Below are positions 37,315-46,039 of a stretch of DNA of 64,000 bases, piece after piece. Origin of the DNA: an uncultured Candidatus Poseidoniales archaeon (GTDB taxonomy: Archaea > Thermoplasmatota > Poseidoniia > Poseidoniales > Thalassarchaeaceae); assembly GCA_964585295.1 (NCBI GenBank), contig CAZPCY010000003.1:66990-130989 (forward strand), in the 5' to 3' direction. The notes under the pieces are model-generated. The model was not told the DNA's origin, did no database searches, and saw only the letters and a list, made by a program, of their open reading frames with translations. Numbering within the stretch: position 1 is the stretch's first letter; the number at the start of each line of letters is the position of its first letter. The position numbers were made by a program, and so were the translations under genes.

Positions 37315-38997
37315 ATGATGATCGACTCAGTGCTACTCCACCACCTGCACACGGCGAAATTGCAGGACCTTCGGGACTTGGCGACCAAGCACGAAATCAG
37401 CCGTCAGGGGAATCTAGAGATTCTGCGCGCACGACTAATCTCCAACCTCGTGCTGACTGGGGTGGATCTCTCTTGGGAGGGAATCCAAGAGATGTCGAAC
37501 GCAGACCTTGGAGAGGTGCTCAAGGTCCTCGGAGTGAAGAGCAGCGGGGCCCAGAAGATGAGGCGGAGAAGACTGTGGCTGCACCTGAACCACGATCCGA
37601 AGAAGCTCACCGTCGATTCACTAGGAGAAATGACTCGTGACGATCTGCACGAGATGTGCATCCGTTTGGAACTCGCCCGCTCTGGGAACAAGAATCAACT
37701 CCTAGTCAGGGTGGCAGGTGTGCTCACCGCACAAGAGGGTGGTTGGGGCCGAATCAAGAAGAGTCTGAAGCGGGCGGCAGCGCCGGTGGTCGAAGCGAAC
37801 ATCGAAGCAGCAGCAGTGACCCATGATGATGTAGAAGCCGCTGAAGCCTACGTAGAGGCAGTCGAAGAACACGTGGCATCCAATGAACCGGAAGCAATTG
37901 CCGAGGAAGAACGCGTGGTGGAATCGATTGAGATTCCCGAGGAGGAACCTGAAGAGGCAGACTCGTCTCCGACTCCTACCACTCTCGACGAGGGAGCTGG
38001 TACCGCATTGTTGACATTGGAGTCTCGGAGAGCAGAGTTACACGCTCTGATTAGGGATTTCCTGCTGCTCTCCGATATCCCTTCTCCGGGAGATATTACA
38101 GCATTCGTAGAGGACCTAGGATCGCACGGCTTCGGAGTCCAGCACGAGAGTGTCCGGGAAGCTGTTCTAGCAGATATCGAGCGGATGGCGGCCCGCAAGG
38201 CGGATGAGAGGGACGCTCAGGCCGTAATTCCCGGAACATGGCGCGAACGGCGAGCGTTGCGCCGGCTGGAGGAGGTGCGAGCCGGCCTGCTCGATTCATT
38301 GGAGGCGATTCTCGCCGATACGGAGGGAGACCTAGCACTCGCCCGCACCCGATTTGAACAGGCGGCCGCGAAAGCTGGCCTTGATCTAGACCTACCAGCA
38401 ATCAGCGGCCGCATCCACGGCTTGTTCGATCTTCAGGTCTCGCTCCGTGAGGTCGAAGCGGATGCCGACCCGGTAGCGCATCGCCGCGAGAGAGCCATCC
38501 GGGTGCTCTTCAGGCAGGTCGACGCACTGGATGCGTCGGCACGACGGACCCTAGAGCGTATCGAGCAGCAGATCGAATCGATTGAACGGGTAATCGAGAC
38601 CGTGATTCGCCGTAACGAAGGGCGTTTCGATTCTCTCGAGCAGGCGCTCTTCATCCGCTTCCTTGAACGGAGGGGATGGGATGCAAACCATCCAGAGGTG
38701 CGACCTCGACTCATCGCTGCCGCTGGAATTCTGGCGACCCACATGGGTTACCTTGAACCCGATGAGGCCCCGACCCTTCCGAGCCAATTGGCCCTCGATC
38801 CCGACCGAGTTGGCGATGTGGTCGAGAACCTGCGAGACGTCCTCAGCGAATTCGGTCGCGCGCCTACCGAGGAAGAGGCGCTGAAGACGCCGGAAGAGCG
38901 CGCGGCGGATGCTGAGCAGCCTAGCGTTGATAGAGCGAGGCGCGGGCTCGACGCGGCCGACTCCGTGCTGTCCCGCTTGCAGAGGATGACAGAGTAA
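37315..38997 (+). CDS. protein with three N-terminal SAP-like (helix-extended-helix) DNA-binding motifs followed by an acidic coiled-coil region
   Basis: 'LQDLRDLATKHEISRQGNLEILRARLISNL', 'LGEVLKVLGVKSSGAQKMRRRRLWLHL' and 'LHEMCIRLELARSGNKNQLLVRVAGVL' each fit the SAP pattern (L..L.V.ELR..L...GL...G.K..LI.RL). The remaining ~400 aa are E/A/R-rich helical. ATG-ATG at 37315 is preferred over the ORF-track TTG start at 37279. Confidence 0.45.
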   Translation: MMIDSVLLHHLHTAKLQDLRDLATKHEISRQGNLEILRARLISNLVLTGVDLSWEGIQEMSNADLGEVLKVLGVKSSGAQKMRRRRLWLHLNHDPKKLTVDSLGEMTRDDLHEMCIRLELARSGNKNQLLVRVAGVLTAQEGGWGRIKKSLKRAAAPVVEANIEAAAVTHDDVEAAEAYVEAVEEHVASNEPEAIAEEERVVESIEIPEEEPEEADSSPTPTTLDEGAGTALLTLESRRAELHALIRDFLLLSDIPSPGDITAFVEDLGSHGFGVQHESVREAVLADIERMAARKADERDAQAVIPGTWRERRALRRLEEVRAGLLDSLEAILADTEGDLALARTRFEQAAAKAGLDLDLPAISGRIHGLFDLQVSLREVEADADPVAHRRERAIRVLFRQVDALDASARRTLERIEQQIESIERVIETVIRRNEGRFDSLEQALFIRFLERRGWDANHPEVRPRLIAAAGILATHMGYLEPDEAPTLPSQLALDPDRVGDVVENLRDVLSEFGRAPTEEEALKTPEERAADAEQPSVDRARRGLDAADSVLSRLQRMTE

Positions 38998-39001
38998 CCG
39001 G

Positions 39002-40249
39002 TCATTCCATGGTGGCGAAGTATCCTTGGATGACCTTCGTGACCTGCTCGATCTCACGGACGTCTCTGCGAGCTAAATCCGTGAGGATTTGTTCCCTCTG
39101 TCGGACATACGCCTCAAAGTCGGCCGGCCTGCATCCCTTCGCTTCACAGATAATCTCTCGGAGCTTGCTCGGCACGCCAGTCTCGACAATCTTGCCCTCC
39201 GAGGCGTCGAATCTCCAAATTGGGTTGAGCCTTGGGGTATCCCCCTCCATTCCTGCTATCTCGGCCACTTCGGTGATGCGGCGGATGTTCTTGCCGCCAA
39301 CATTCAGCCTCGCCTGCATGATAATCAGGTCAAGGGCGCTCAGCATGATCGAAGGCACGCTCATCGGAGGGTTCACCAGTCGCTTCACAGTCTCCGACGC
39401 CGTGTTGGCGTGAAGGCTTCCGAAGGAGCCGTCGTGACCGGTGTTCATCGCCATCAGCAGAGTCCCAGCCTCAGGGCCACGCACCTCACCGACGATGACG
39501 CGGTCCGGGCGCATGCGAAGGCTCGACTTGAGGCAGTTGTCCATCCCAATCTCGGTGGTTCCGTCAGGCCTCTCCGCCCTAGTCTCCATCCGCAGCCAGT
39601 GATCATGGTAGATCTGCAACTCAGCGGTATCCTCCACCGACAGAACTCTGTCGGACCATGGGACGAACATGCCAAGACAGTTCAGGGTGGTAGTCTTACC
39701 GGAACCGGTTCCGCCGGCGATGACGAAGTTCGCCGGCTTGGCACCGAGGCCGTCCACCCAACACCAGAACATCGCGGCGAGTCTAGGTGAGACCGTTCCC
39801 CATTTGATGAGGTCTACCATCGTAATCGGGTCTTCCTTGAACTTCCTGATGGTCAGGGTGGGTCCGTCCGGGGATACCGGAGGGATGGTGCCATTCACAC
39901 GCGAACCATCGGGGAGACGGCCGTCGAATATTGGGACCATGCCAGGACCATCGCCTAGTGGGACAGCGGTGAAGGATGCAATGTTCTTGGAGATCTGCAT
40001 CCCCTCATCGTCCTCGATCCAAATGTTGGTCCTGCACATGCCATGTTTGCGGTGGGCAATCTTCACGCACTGAGTCCCACCATTGTACATCACCTCTTCA
40101 AGAGAGTCGTCCTCAAGCAATGCTGAGAGTGCTCCATACTCGTTGGGAGGGATATCATCCCCAAACTCGTAGAAGGGGGTGGGGTGTCCTGGCTCTCTGT
40201 AGATTGTGACTGCTCCGTATTGATCGATTATCTCTGCCATTCCATTCAC
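39002..40249 (-). CDS. type II/IV secretion-system ATPase (TadA/CpaF/FlaI/VirB11 family)
   Basis: Walker A 'IAGGTGSGKTTTLNCL', Asp box, Walker B 'RVIVGEVRGPEA' and His box 'MAMNTGHDGSFGSLHANTASE'. 415 aa. GTG start, with an in-frame ATG 9 nt downstream. Confidence 0.85.
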   Translation of the reverse strand: MNGMAEIIDQYGAVTIYREPGHPTPFYEFGDDIPPNEYGALSALLEDDSLEEVMYNGGTQCVKIAHRKHGMCRTNIWIEDDEGMQISKNIASFTAVPLGDGPGMVPIFDGRLPDGSRVNGTIPPVSPDGPTLTIRKFKEDPITMVDLIKWGTVSPRLAAMFWCWVDGLGAKPANFVIAGGTGSGKTTTLNCLGMFVPWSDRVLSVEDTAELQIYHDHWLRMETRAERPDGTTEIGMDNCLKSSLRMRPDRVIVGEVRGPEAGTLLMAMNTGHDGSFGSLHANTASETVKRLVNPPMSVPSIMLSALDLIIMQARLNVGGKNIRRITEVAEIAGMEGDTPRLNPIWRFDASEGKIVETGVPSKLREIICEAKGCRPADFEAYVRQREQILTDLARRDVREIEQVTKVIQGYFATME

Positions 40250-40250
40250 C

Positions 40251-40988
40251 TCATCCCAGACTCGAACCGAGCCCCATGTAGACGCCGAGGAAGATTGCGG
40301 TCGAAGCTGCCATCCATGCCGGCATAATCCACAGGTAGGCGCGCATGCGGCCGAGCATTCGGCCGCAAATCGCGACGGTTATCCCGGATGCGGCCGCGCA
40401 AAACAACTCGACCGAATCGAGAACCGCATCGACTGGGAAGCCCTTCTTAGGACCAGCGAAGACGCCGACGATGAAGCCAGCGATCGCCGGCAGCATCAGC
40501 CCCATCAACACGAGCATCGTGAAAGCCTGACCGAACACCTTACTCTCACGTTCGTTCATCAACTGGTTGAGACGTTCGTATTCCATGCTCATTCGGAAGG
40601 ATACATCCTTCATAGGCGCGTTCTGCTCCATCGAAGTCGATAGGAGATTGACGATCCTCTGAGCCATCATCGATCTGGTTTCCAGAGCGAACTTGGCGAG
40701 CGCTGCATCGAAGGAGGCGGCCTCGCTCCTCTCAATCGCGGCGCTGAGCAATTTGCCGGTGATGTCGGTGCGCGACTTCGCGACTTCGGATAGCGCCTGT
40801 TCGACACCTAGTCCGGCACCGATAGCGCCGGAGATCGACTCCAGAACCTCGGGCATTGCGGTCTCAATCGCACGGCGGCGGCGGCGCTCAAAGAATTGCG
40901 GGACGGCGCCACCGGAACAGGCAATCGCGAGCGGCATCAACAGCAGCAGAGTGCCGTTGTCATTCAGTGTCTCTAGATATCCCCACAT
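40251..40988 (-). CDS. T2SSF-domain membrane protein (TadC/FlaJ-like, C-terminal half)
   Basis: N-terminal TM helix, a cytoplasmic T2SSF-like segment ('MPEVLESISGAIGAGLGVEQALSEVAK') and C-terminal TM helices. Confidence 0.55.
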   Translation of the reverse strand: MWGYLETLNDNGTLLLLMPLAIACSGGAVPQFFERRRRRAIETAMPEVLESISGAIGAGLGVEQALSEVAKSRTDITGKLLSAAIERSEAASFDAALAKFALETRSMMAQRIVNLLSTSMEQNAPMKDVSFRMSMEYERLNQLMNERESKVFGQAFTMLVLMGLMLPAIAGFIVGVFAGPKKGFPVDAVLDSVELFCAAASGITVAICGRMLGRMRAYLWIMPAWMAASTAIFLGVYMGLGSSLG

Positions 40989-40997
40989 GCCAACACC

Positions 40998-41582
40998 TCA
41001 GATGCCAGGATCCTGCGTATGCGCCTTCATCCCCACTAGACACATCAGAAGCAGTGAGAAGAACAATCCCCCGGCGCTTACAAGGTTCATCGTGCCAGCA
41101 TCCGGCACTGAGACCCCAATCGCTGACATCGCCGTCGGATCGAAGAGATAGGGTAGAACTCCCATGAGTGGTAGAACGATAGGTGCGAGCATGCCAACCG
41201 TCAGCAAAGTCTCCGGCATCCCCGAGAGGGTCTCGATGTACTTCTCCAAGCGCTGATTCCGCTCCTCCTCCTCACGCTCCGCTTGTCGGCGCAGCGCTTC
41301 GATCAAATCGGTGTTAGATGTGACATTGGAGCGCATGGTCTGCACGAGTCGCTTGTATCCGTTCGACTTCGTCTTCGTGGCGGCCATCTGCAATTGGTCC
41401 TCCAGCTTCTTGCCCGCTCGAACCTCGTCGATAATCATCGAGAAGTCTTCACTGATCGCTCCGTAACCGCCGCGAGCAATGTTGATGATGACCGATTCCA
41501 ATCCTATTCCTGCGCCGAGCAGCACGTCCATCGCGCGCAATGCATAGAGGAGATCCTTGTCCTCCTTTGCGATCGCCCCCAT
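40998..41582 (-). CDS. T2SSF-domain membrane protein (TadB/FlaJ-like, N-terminal half)
   Basis: 'LLYALRAMDVLLGAGIGLESVIINIA...' T2SSF domain followed by TM helices. It ends at a TGA that is in frame with, and 9 nt upstream of, the next ORF's ATG. Confidence 0.55.
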   Translation of the reverse strand: MGAIAKEDKDLLYALRAMDVLLGAGIGLESVIINIARGGYGAISEDFSMIIDEVRAGKKLEDQLQMAATKTKSNGYKRLVQTMRSNVTSNTDLIEALRRQAEREEEERNQRLEKYIETLSGMPETLLTVGMLAPIVLPLMGVLPYLFDPTAMSAIGVSVPDAGTMNLVSAGGLFFSLLLMCLVGMKAHTQDPGI

Positions 41583-41598
41583 GCCACTCGCCTCCCGT

Positions 41599-41943
41599 TC
41601 AGATTATGTCCTCGATGAGCACCATCTTGAACTCCCCGGTGCCCGCGTCGTACTCGATCTCGGAAATCGCGGCCTTCATCTCACGGTCGAGGAACGGATC
41701 GATGAAATGAGGCTGGCCCGCGCGGAAGATGGATTCCAACTTCTTGTAGCCAATCTCGTCGACGTTCAGGCGAATCGTGTAGACGGCGGACTCGGAGCCT
41801 TCGTCCTCGAGATCGTCGCCTTCGCCGCCGCGCTCGACGGTCCTCTGTAGACGTCGCTTGATCGATATGTGGACATGGCAGCCATCCAACTGCACCCATT
41901 CGCCGTCGCCTGACCGGATGTAGCAGGTCAGTTCGCGGACCAT
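41599..41943 (-). CDS. hypothetical soluble protein (114 aa), first gene of the Tad-like cluster
   Basis: No TM helix, signal peptide or recognisable motif; it is not pilin-like. Confidence 0.3.
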   Translation of the reverse strand: MVRELTCYIRSGDGEWVQLDGCHVHISIKRRLQRTVERGGEGDDLEDEGSESAVYTIRLNVDEIGYKKLESIFRAGQPHFIDPFLDREMKAAISEIEYDAGTGEFKMVLIEDII

Positions 41944-42004
41944 GGGAGACCGGCCACGAGGGTGGTCGCGACGTGCTTCAACGTATCGACGTACGGGGAA
42001 GCCC

Positions 42005-42997
42005 TCAAGGTGTCAATTGGAACCAGCCGAAGCTCGGTTCCATAATCTCTGCCCGTTCGTCCCGAAGATCGTCTATCGCATCCTCGAAGACCTGCAACGG
42101 GATGCCTTGCGAGGTGCAAGCGTGTCGCAGGGCGTCGTAGTGCACTCCTTCACCTTGGTCACCGGCCCGAATCGCCCCTAGTATGATGTCATCTATATCG
42201 GCTGAGGCGGGCGGTTCAGAGAGTTCTGGTTCGCTCTCTGATGGTGCAGAATCGTAGCCTGCGAGACCGCTCTCTTGGTCATTGCCTTCATCCTCATCGA
42301 CGCTCGGAGCGCTGACGTCTTCCGCTCGGCCGGATGCCATCGCCAAGGCGTGCAAGACGCCGACTCGGTACGACTCGGCGTCGAAGGGCCCGTAGTGGCC
42401 ACGAGCCGAGATCAAGCCGTCGAGGAGATCTTCGGGAACTCCCGCCGCCCGCATCGAATCCCTGTCTGAATCGGCATCGGATGCACGCTCCTGAGCGTCG
42501 ATCCTGCGGAGGGTTGCATCGGCTGCGTCTGCCAACCAGCATGCATATCGCGACCTGTCGATGACTCTCATTGACTCGGTACGGACGCTGGTGTATACCG
42601 AGCCCTCGTCATTGGTCCAGTGTCTGGCACGCCCCATCATTAGCATCAGGAAGCGATCGCCTCGCTCGAATCTGGCGAGCAGTTCCTCGGCATCGCCGTG
42701 GAGTTCCGGCTGGAAGTGGCCGATGTCGAACATGTGCACTCCGGTCGGATCTCGGAGTTGGCCTCGATAGGTAGGACCGCTTTCGCCGTCTCGCCTCTCC
42801 ATCCGATCGATTACGCCGGCGACCATCATCCGAGACACCCTCGCTCCGAGTTTCGTGACGATGAAAGTAGGGTCGTACTGCCCCTCCCCCCCCTCCGGCA
42901 GGGTCGCCTGCGCGTACTCAAGTGCGAAGAGGTGGATGGAAGGCTGCCGGCGACGGCTTTGAGCCTCGCTGACGGTCACAGAACCACCTCCCAGCAC
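42005..42997 (-). CDS. RPA-associated protein / RPA32-like (OB fold plus C-terminal winged helix)
   Basis: N-terminal OB-fold-like 'YDPTFIVTKLGARVSRMMVAGVIDRMERRDGESGPTYRGQLRDPTGVHMFDIGHF'. C-terminal 'GVHYDALRHACTSQGIPLQVFEDAIDDLRDERAEIMEP' resembles the RPA32 wH domain. It lies immediately downstream of rpa, overlapping by 22 nt, as in euryarchaeal rpa-rpap operons. Confidence 0.5.
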   Translation of the reverse strand: MLGGGSVTVSEAQSRRRQPSIHLFALEYAQATLPEGGEGQYDPTFIVTKLGARVSRMMVAGVIDRMERRDGESGPTYRGQLRDPTGVHMFDIGHFQPELHGDAEELLARFERGDRFLMLMMGRARHWTNDEGSVYTSVRTESMRVIDRSRYACWLADAADATLRRIDAQERASDADSDRDSMRAAGVPEDLLDGLISARGHYGPFDAESYRVGVLHALAMASGRAEDVSAPSVDEDEGNDQESGLAGYDSAPSESEPELSEPPASADIDDIILGAIRAGDQGEGVHYDALRHACTSQGIPLQVFEDAIDDLRDERAEIMEPSFGWFQLTP

Positions 42998-44652
42998 TCC
43001 ATCACTGCAGCCGCTCTCGCTTCGCCGTCCATCTCCTTCCGCTCGATTCTATCAGCCAGCAGCATCACACCTCGATCATCGACTATGGCGCGCCCCCTAA
43101 TATCGACCGATGTTCCGAACAAATCAGCTACTAGAGCCTCGTGGAAGGCGATGGGGCCACCATCATCGATGCGCGCCTTCACCTCGTCGAAACTCTCACC
43201 GAGATGACGCTCAGACGGCTCTCTTCCGAGCACCACGGATGCGGTGGACAAGCCGTCGTCGATGACCATACGCAATCGCAGATCCTCGTTGCCCTCGACG
43301 TGCCCGTGCTCGTGACAGGAGCCATCACGGAGGACCCGACGGCATTCCACACAACGGCGAACGATTCCACTGTCGTCCCGGACCAAAACGATGGTACCGC
43401 TGGTTCGGATGCCGCTGCGACTGCCACCAGACTCCAAATCGGATAGAGAGAGGTCGAACACGTGAGTCTCCGGGTCTATCTCATCCCACGGAGCGTCGGA
43501 GAGCACCTCAATTTGATCCTCTCGATCGACCGTAAGATCGGGAGTTCCCTGCCAAGCCCGCACGCGGACTCCGGAGAGACTCAAGAACGAGCCTGAATCG
43601 ATTCCCGCATCGCACCATACCGTCATCCGGCAGCGGCCGGTGGGGTCGATCACCTCGCCGCTCCAGAGCGAACGATCGTTGCCCTCGTCATCTTGGAAGG
43701 TCCGTTGTGTCAGTGATTCCACTTGGACGGTGACATGCACTTCCCTCATGCCGTCGCGGAGACCCGAGATCGTAGCCTGGGAGACCGACTCCAGAGATTC
43801 GGCGTCCGGGAACGCATTGTCGATGTAGACCTCGACCTTCGTGCGGTCGCCGATGTTAATCTCCGGTGTTTCCCTGAATCGCCGGATGCTGGCACCCTCT
43901 ATCCGTACCAGTTGCCCTTCTCCGTGCTCAAATGGACCCCAACAGGTGAAGCCGATCGAACCGGACTGGTCGGCGAGGCGTCCTCGAACGATGTCAATCG
44001 AGCCAGTGCCATCTCGCCGATGGATCACATCGGGCTTCGCGGAGAGGACGCGAGCGACGACCGAGACCATTCCCTGCATGTCGTGCACCGCTTCGATGCT
44101 GACCGGCTCTTCGGGGGCGATGACGGGCGCCGATCCCTCACGCAGGGTGGTGACGCGGCTGCCGCGATTCACATTGATTGAACGCTTGCCCTGCCACTCG
44201 TTGACCGAGACGCCTTCTAGGCGGACAATCGAGCCGGGCGTGAGTCGCGATGAGTGGTCGCCCCAATCTTTGAAGTCCCATCTCGTCCTCTCGCCGCCCT
44301 CGGTCCAAGGGCGATCCTCGATCCAACCGAAGGATATCTGACGCTCTTCGCCTCGCACCATCTGGACCCTCGGATTGCAGGTTATCACCTCCACCTCGAT
44401 GGTGACGTTGCGGTCGTCGGCTCCGAGGTCATCGAATCGTTCCACCTTCCTCTCTGTGGGAGCGCTCTGGCTAGGCATCTCCGGCTCGCTCGCTCCGGCG
44501 CTGAACTTCTTGGTGACGGAACGAATGGCGTCCTCAGGTGGAATGAGGAACTCCTCTCGATATCGGATGAACTCCGCCCTAATCTCCTCCTTTGAGGCAT
44601 CTGGGCACGCCTCGGCCACAATCTCAACTTGGTGCTCCAATCCATCTTCCAT
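42976..44652 (-). CDS. rpa: replication protein A (multi-OB-fold ssDNA-binding protein with Cys3His zinc finger)
   Basis: Several OB-fold-sized blocks, plus 'RRCVECRRVLRDGSCHEHGH' (C-x2-C-x9-C-x2-H) as in archaeal/eukaryotic RPA70. The ORF track starts at 44838. The ATG at 44652 (MEDGLEHQ...) is preceded by GGAGGGA and removes a Pro-rich leader; which start is used is uncertain. Confidence 0.7.
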   Translation of the reverse strand: MEDGLEHQVEIVAEACPDASKEEIRAEFIRYREEFLIPPEDAIRSVTKKFSAGASEPEMPSQSAPTERKVERFDDLGADDRNVTIEVEVITCNPRVQMVRGEERQISFGWIEDRPWTEGGERTRWDFKDWGDHSSRLTPGSIVRLEGVSVNEWQGKRSINVNRGSRVTTLREGSAPVIAPEEPVSIEAVHDMQGMVSVVARVLSAKPDVIHRRDGTGSIDIVRGRLADQSGSIGFTCWGPFEHGEGQLVRIEGASIRRFRETPEINIGDRTKVEVYIDNAFPDAESLESVSQATISGLRDGMREVHVTVQVESLTQRTFQDDEGNDRSLWSGEVIDPTGRCRMTVWCDAGIDSGSFLSLSGVRVRAWQGTPDLTVDREDQIEVLSDAPWDEIDPETHVFDLSLSDLESGGSRSGIRTSGTIVLVRDDSGIVRRCVECRRVLRDGSCHEHGHVEGNEDLRLRMVIDDGLSTASVVLGREPSERHLGESFDEVKARIDDGGPIAFHEALVADLFGTSVDIRGRAIVDDRGVMLLADRIERKEMDGEARAAAVMECWEVVL

Positions 44653-44905
44653 CCGCGTTCTCCCTCCGGGTATTGAGGAGGCGTCAAGAGTGGTAGTCAT
44701 CCCGACATGCGCGGGCCGAGCGATCGCCTCTGTGAGGCGTTCCGGGGGACGGCTCGGCGTGCGGCTGGGGAAGACTTGGCACTCCATCACCTCCGGCTTT
44801 GGAGCAGCCTGTATCGACGGTTCTTGAACAATCGGCATCGATTCCCCTCAATGTGGCAATCCCCGGCGGCGGAGAGGTCATCATCCCGTAGCGAGTCGCC
44901 GCACC

Positions 44906-46024
44906 ATGGCGGCGGCTCCATTCAAGTTCGAGGGAACCTCCATCCAGCCAGGTGGTCGAGGGCTGGTCTCGATCGATCTGGGAGTGGGACCACTCGGCAC
45001 TGGCAGGAGTCTCGATGTCCACATCTTACACGGCATAGAGGAGGGGCCGGTGCTCTGCTTAACCGCAGCCGTCCACGGTGACGAGCTCAACGGCGTCACC
45101 ATCCTCAGGCACCTCGTCTATGGCGATGACCACCTCGCAGGCACCGACGACGATCATCTGGATGCTCGGTCGATGCGAGGGACACTGCTCATCGTCCCGG
45201 TGGTCAACGCGGACGCAGTGCTGCTCGGAAGCCGACGATCACCGGATGGCCGAGATCTCAACAGGCTCTTCCCCGGACGTGCATCCGGCAACCAGTCGCA
45301 GCGGCTCGCCCAAGCTCTGTTCGACAGGGTCGCCCGCCGCGCTGACATGCTCATCGACCTGCACGCCGCACCGCTCACTCGCACCAACGTGCCACATGTT
45401 CGAGCCGACTGTGACGATGCTGTAGCGCTGCGGATGGCCCGCGCCTTCGGCACCCCAATCATCCTCCACTCCGTTGGACCATCCGGATCGCTTCGGCGGG
45501 AGGTAACGGACATGGGAGTAGATTCGATTCTCCTCGAGGCGGGGACATCGCATCGATTCGAGGCGGCGCCGATCAGATCAGGAGTCCGCGGGATACTCAA
45601 TGTGATGGCCGAATTCGGAATGATTGATCAATCGGTGCGGCCGCCGATTTGGCGATTGCTCGTCCGCCGATCCCGATGGGTGAGGGCGCCTGATGGCGGC
45701 ATGCTGCACTCGTTCGCAAAAGCTGGCGATGTCATCCGCGAAGGAGACCTCATCTGCCAGATCACTGATCCACTCGCACCCCGAGCCGAGGAGGTTCGAT
45801 CTCCGGTCGATGGTGTGGTCGTCGGGCTCGCCATGACCCCGCTCCTGCGCGCAGGGGATCCAATCGCCAACATCGTCGTCGTCGGCGACAAGGCGATGCT
45901 CGATCGAATCGAGGAGGCGCCACTCCACGATGAGTCCAGATTGAGCGAGGGGGGCGCCGTCGTCGAAGCGGAGATCGCGGATCACGATGGCATCGAACTC
46001 GACGAGACGCACGCTGTCGAGTGA
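44906..46024 (+). CDS. succinylglutamate desuccinylase / aspartoacylase family zinc hydrolase
   Basis: 'CLTAAVHGDELNG' zinc-binding motif, 'DLNRLFPG' and the ~330-aa core of the AstE/AspA family, plus an acidic C-terminal tail. Confidence 0.65.
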   Translation: MAAAPFKFEGTSIQPGGRGLVSIDLGVGPLGTGRSLDVHILHGIEEGPVLCLTAAVHGDELNGVTILRHLVYGDDHLAGTDDDHLDARSMRGTLLIVPVVNADAVLLGSRRSPDGRDLNRLFPGRASGNQSQRLAQALFDRVARRADMLIDLHAAPLTRTNVPHVRADCDDAVALRMARAFGTPIILHSVGPSGSLRREVTDMGVDSILLEAGTSHRFEAAPIRSGVRGILNVMAEFGMIDQSVRPPIWRLLVRRSRWVRAPDGGMLHSFAKAGDVIREGDLICQITDPLAPRAEEVRSPVDGVVVGLAMTPLLRAGDPIANIVVVGDKAMLDRIEEAPLHDESRLSEGGAVVEAEIADHDGIELDETHAVE

Positions 46025-46039
46025 GCGGCAGTCATCCAA

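Noticed and set aside
40998-41000. TGA between the two T2SSF ORFs as a selenocysteine codon
   Set aside because: There is no SECIS-like hairpin in the downstream region and no selenoprotein context. Sec in a membrane platform protein would be unprecedented. Kept only as a nonsense/readthrough/error question.
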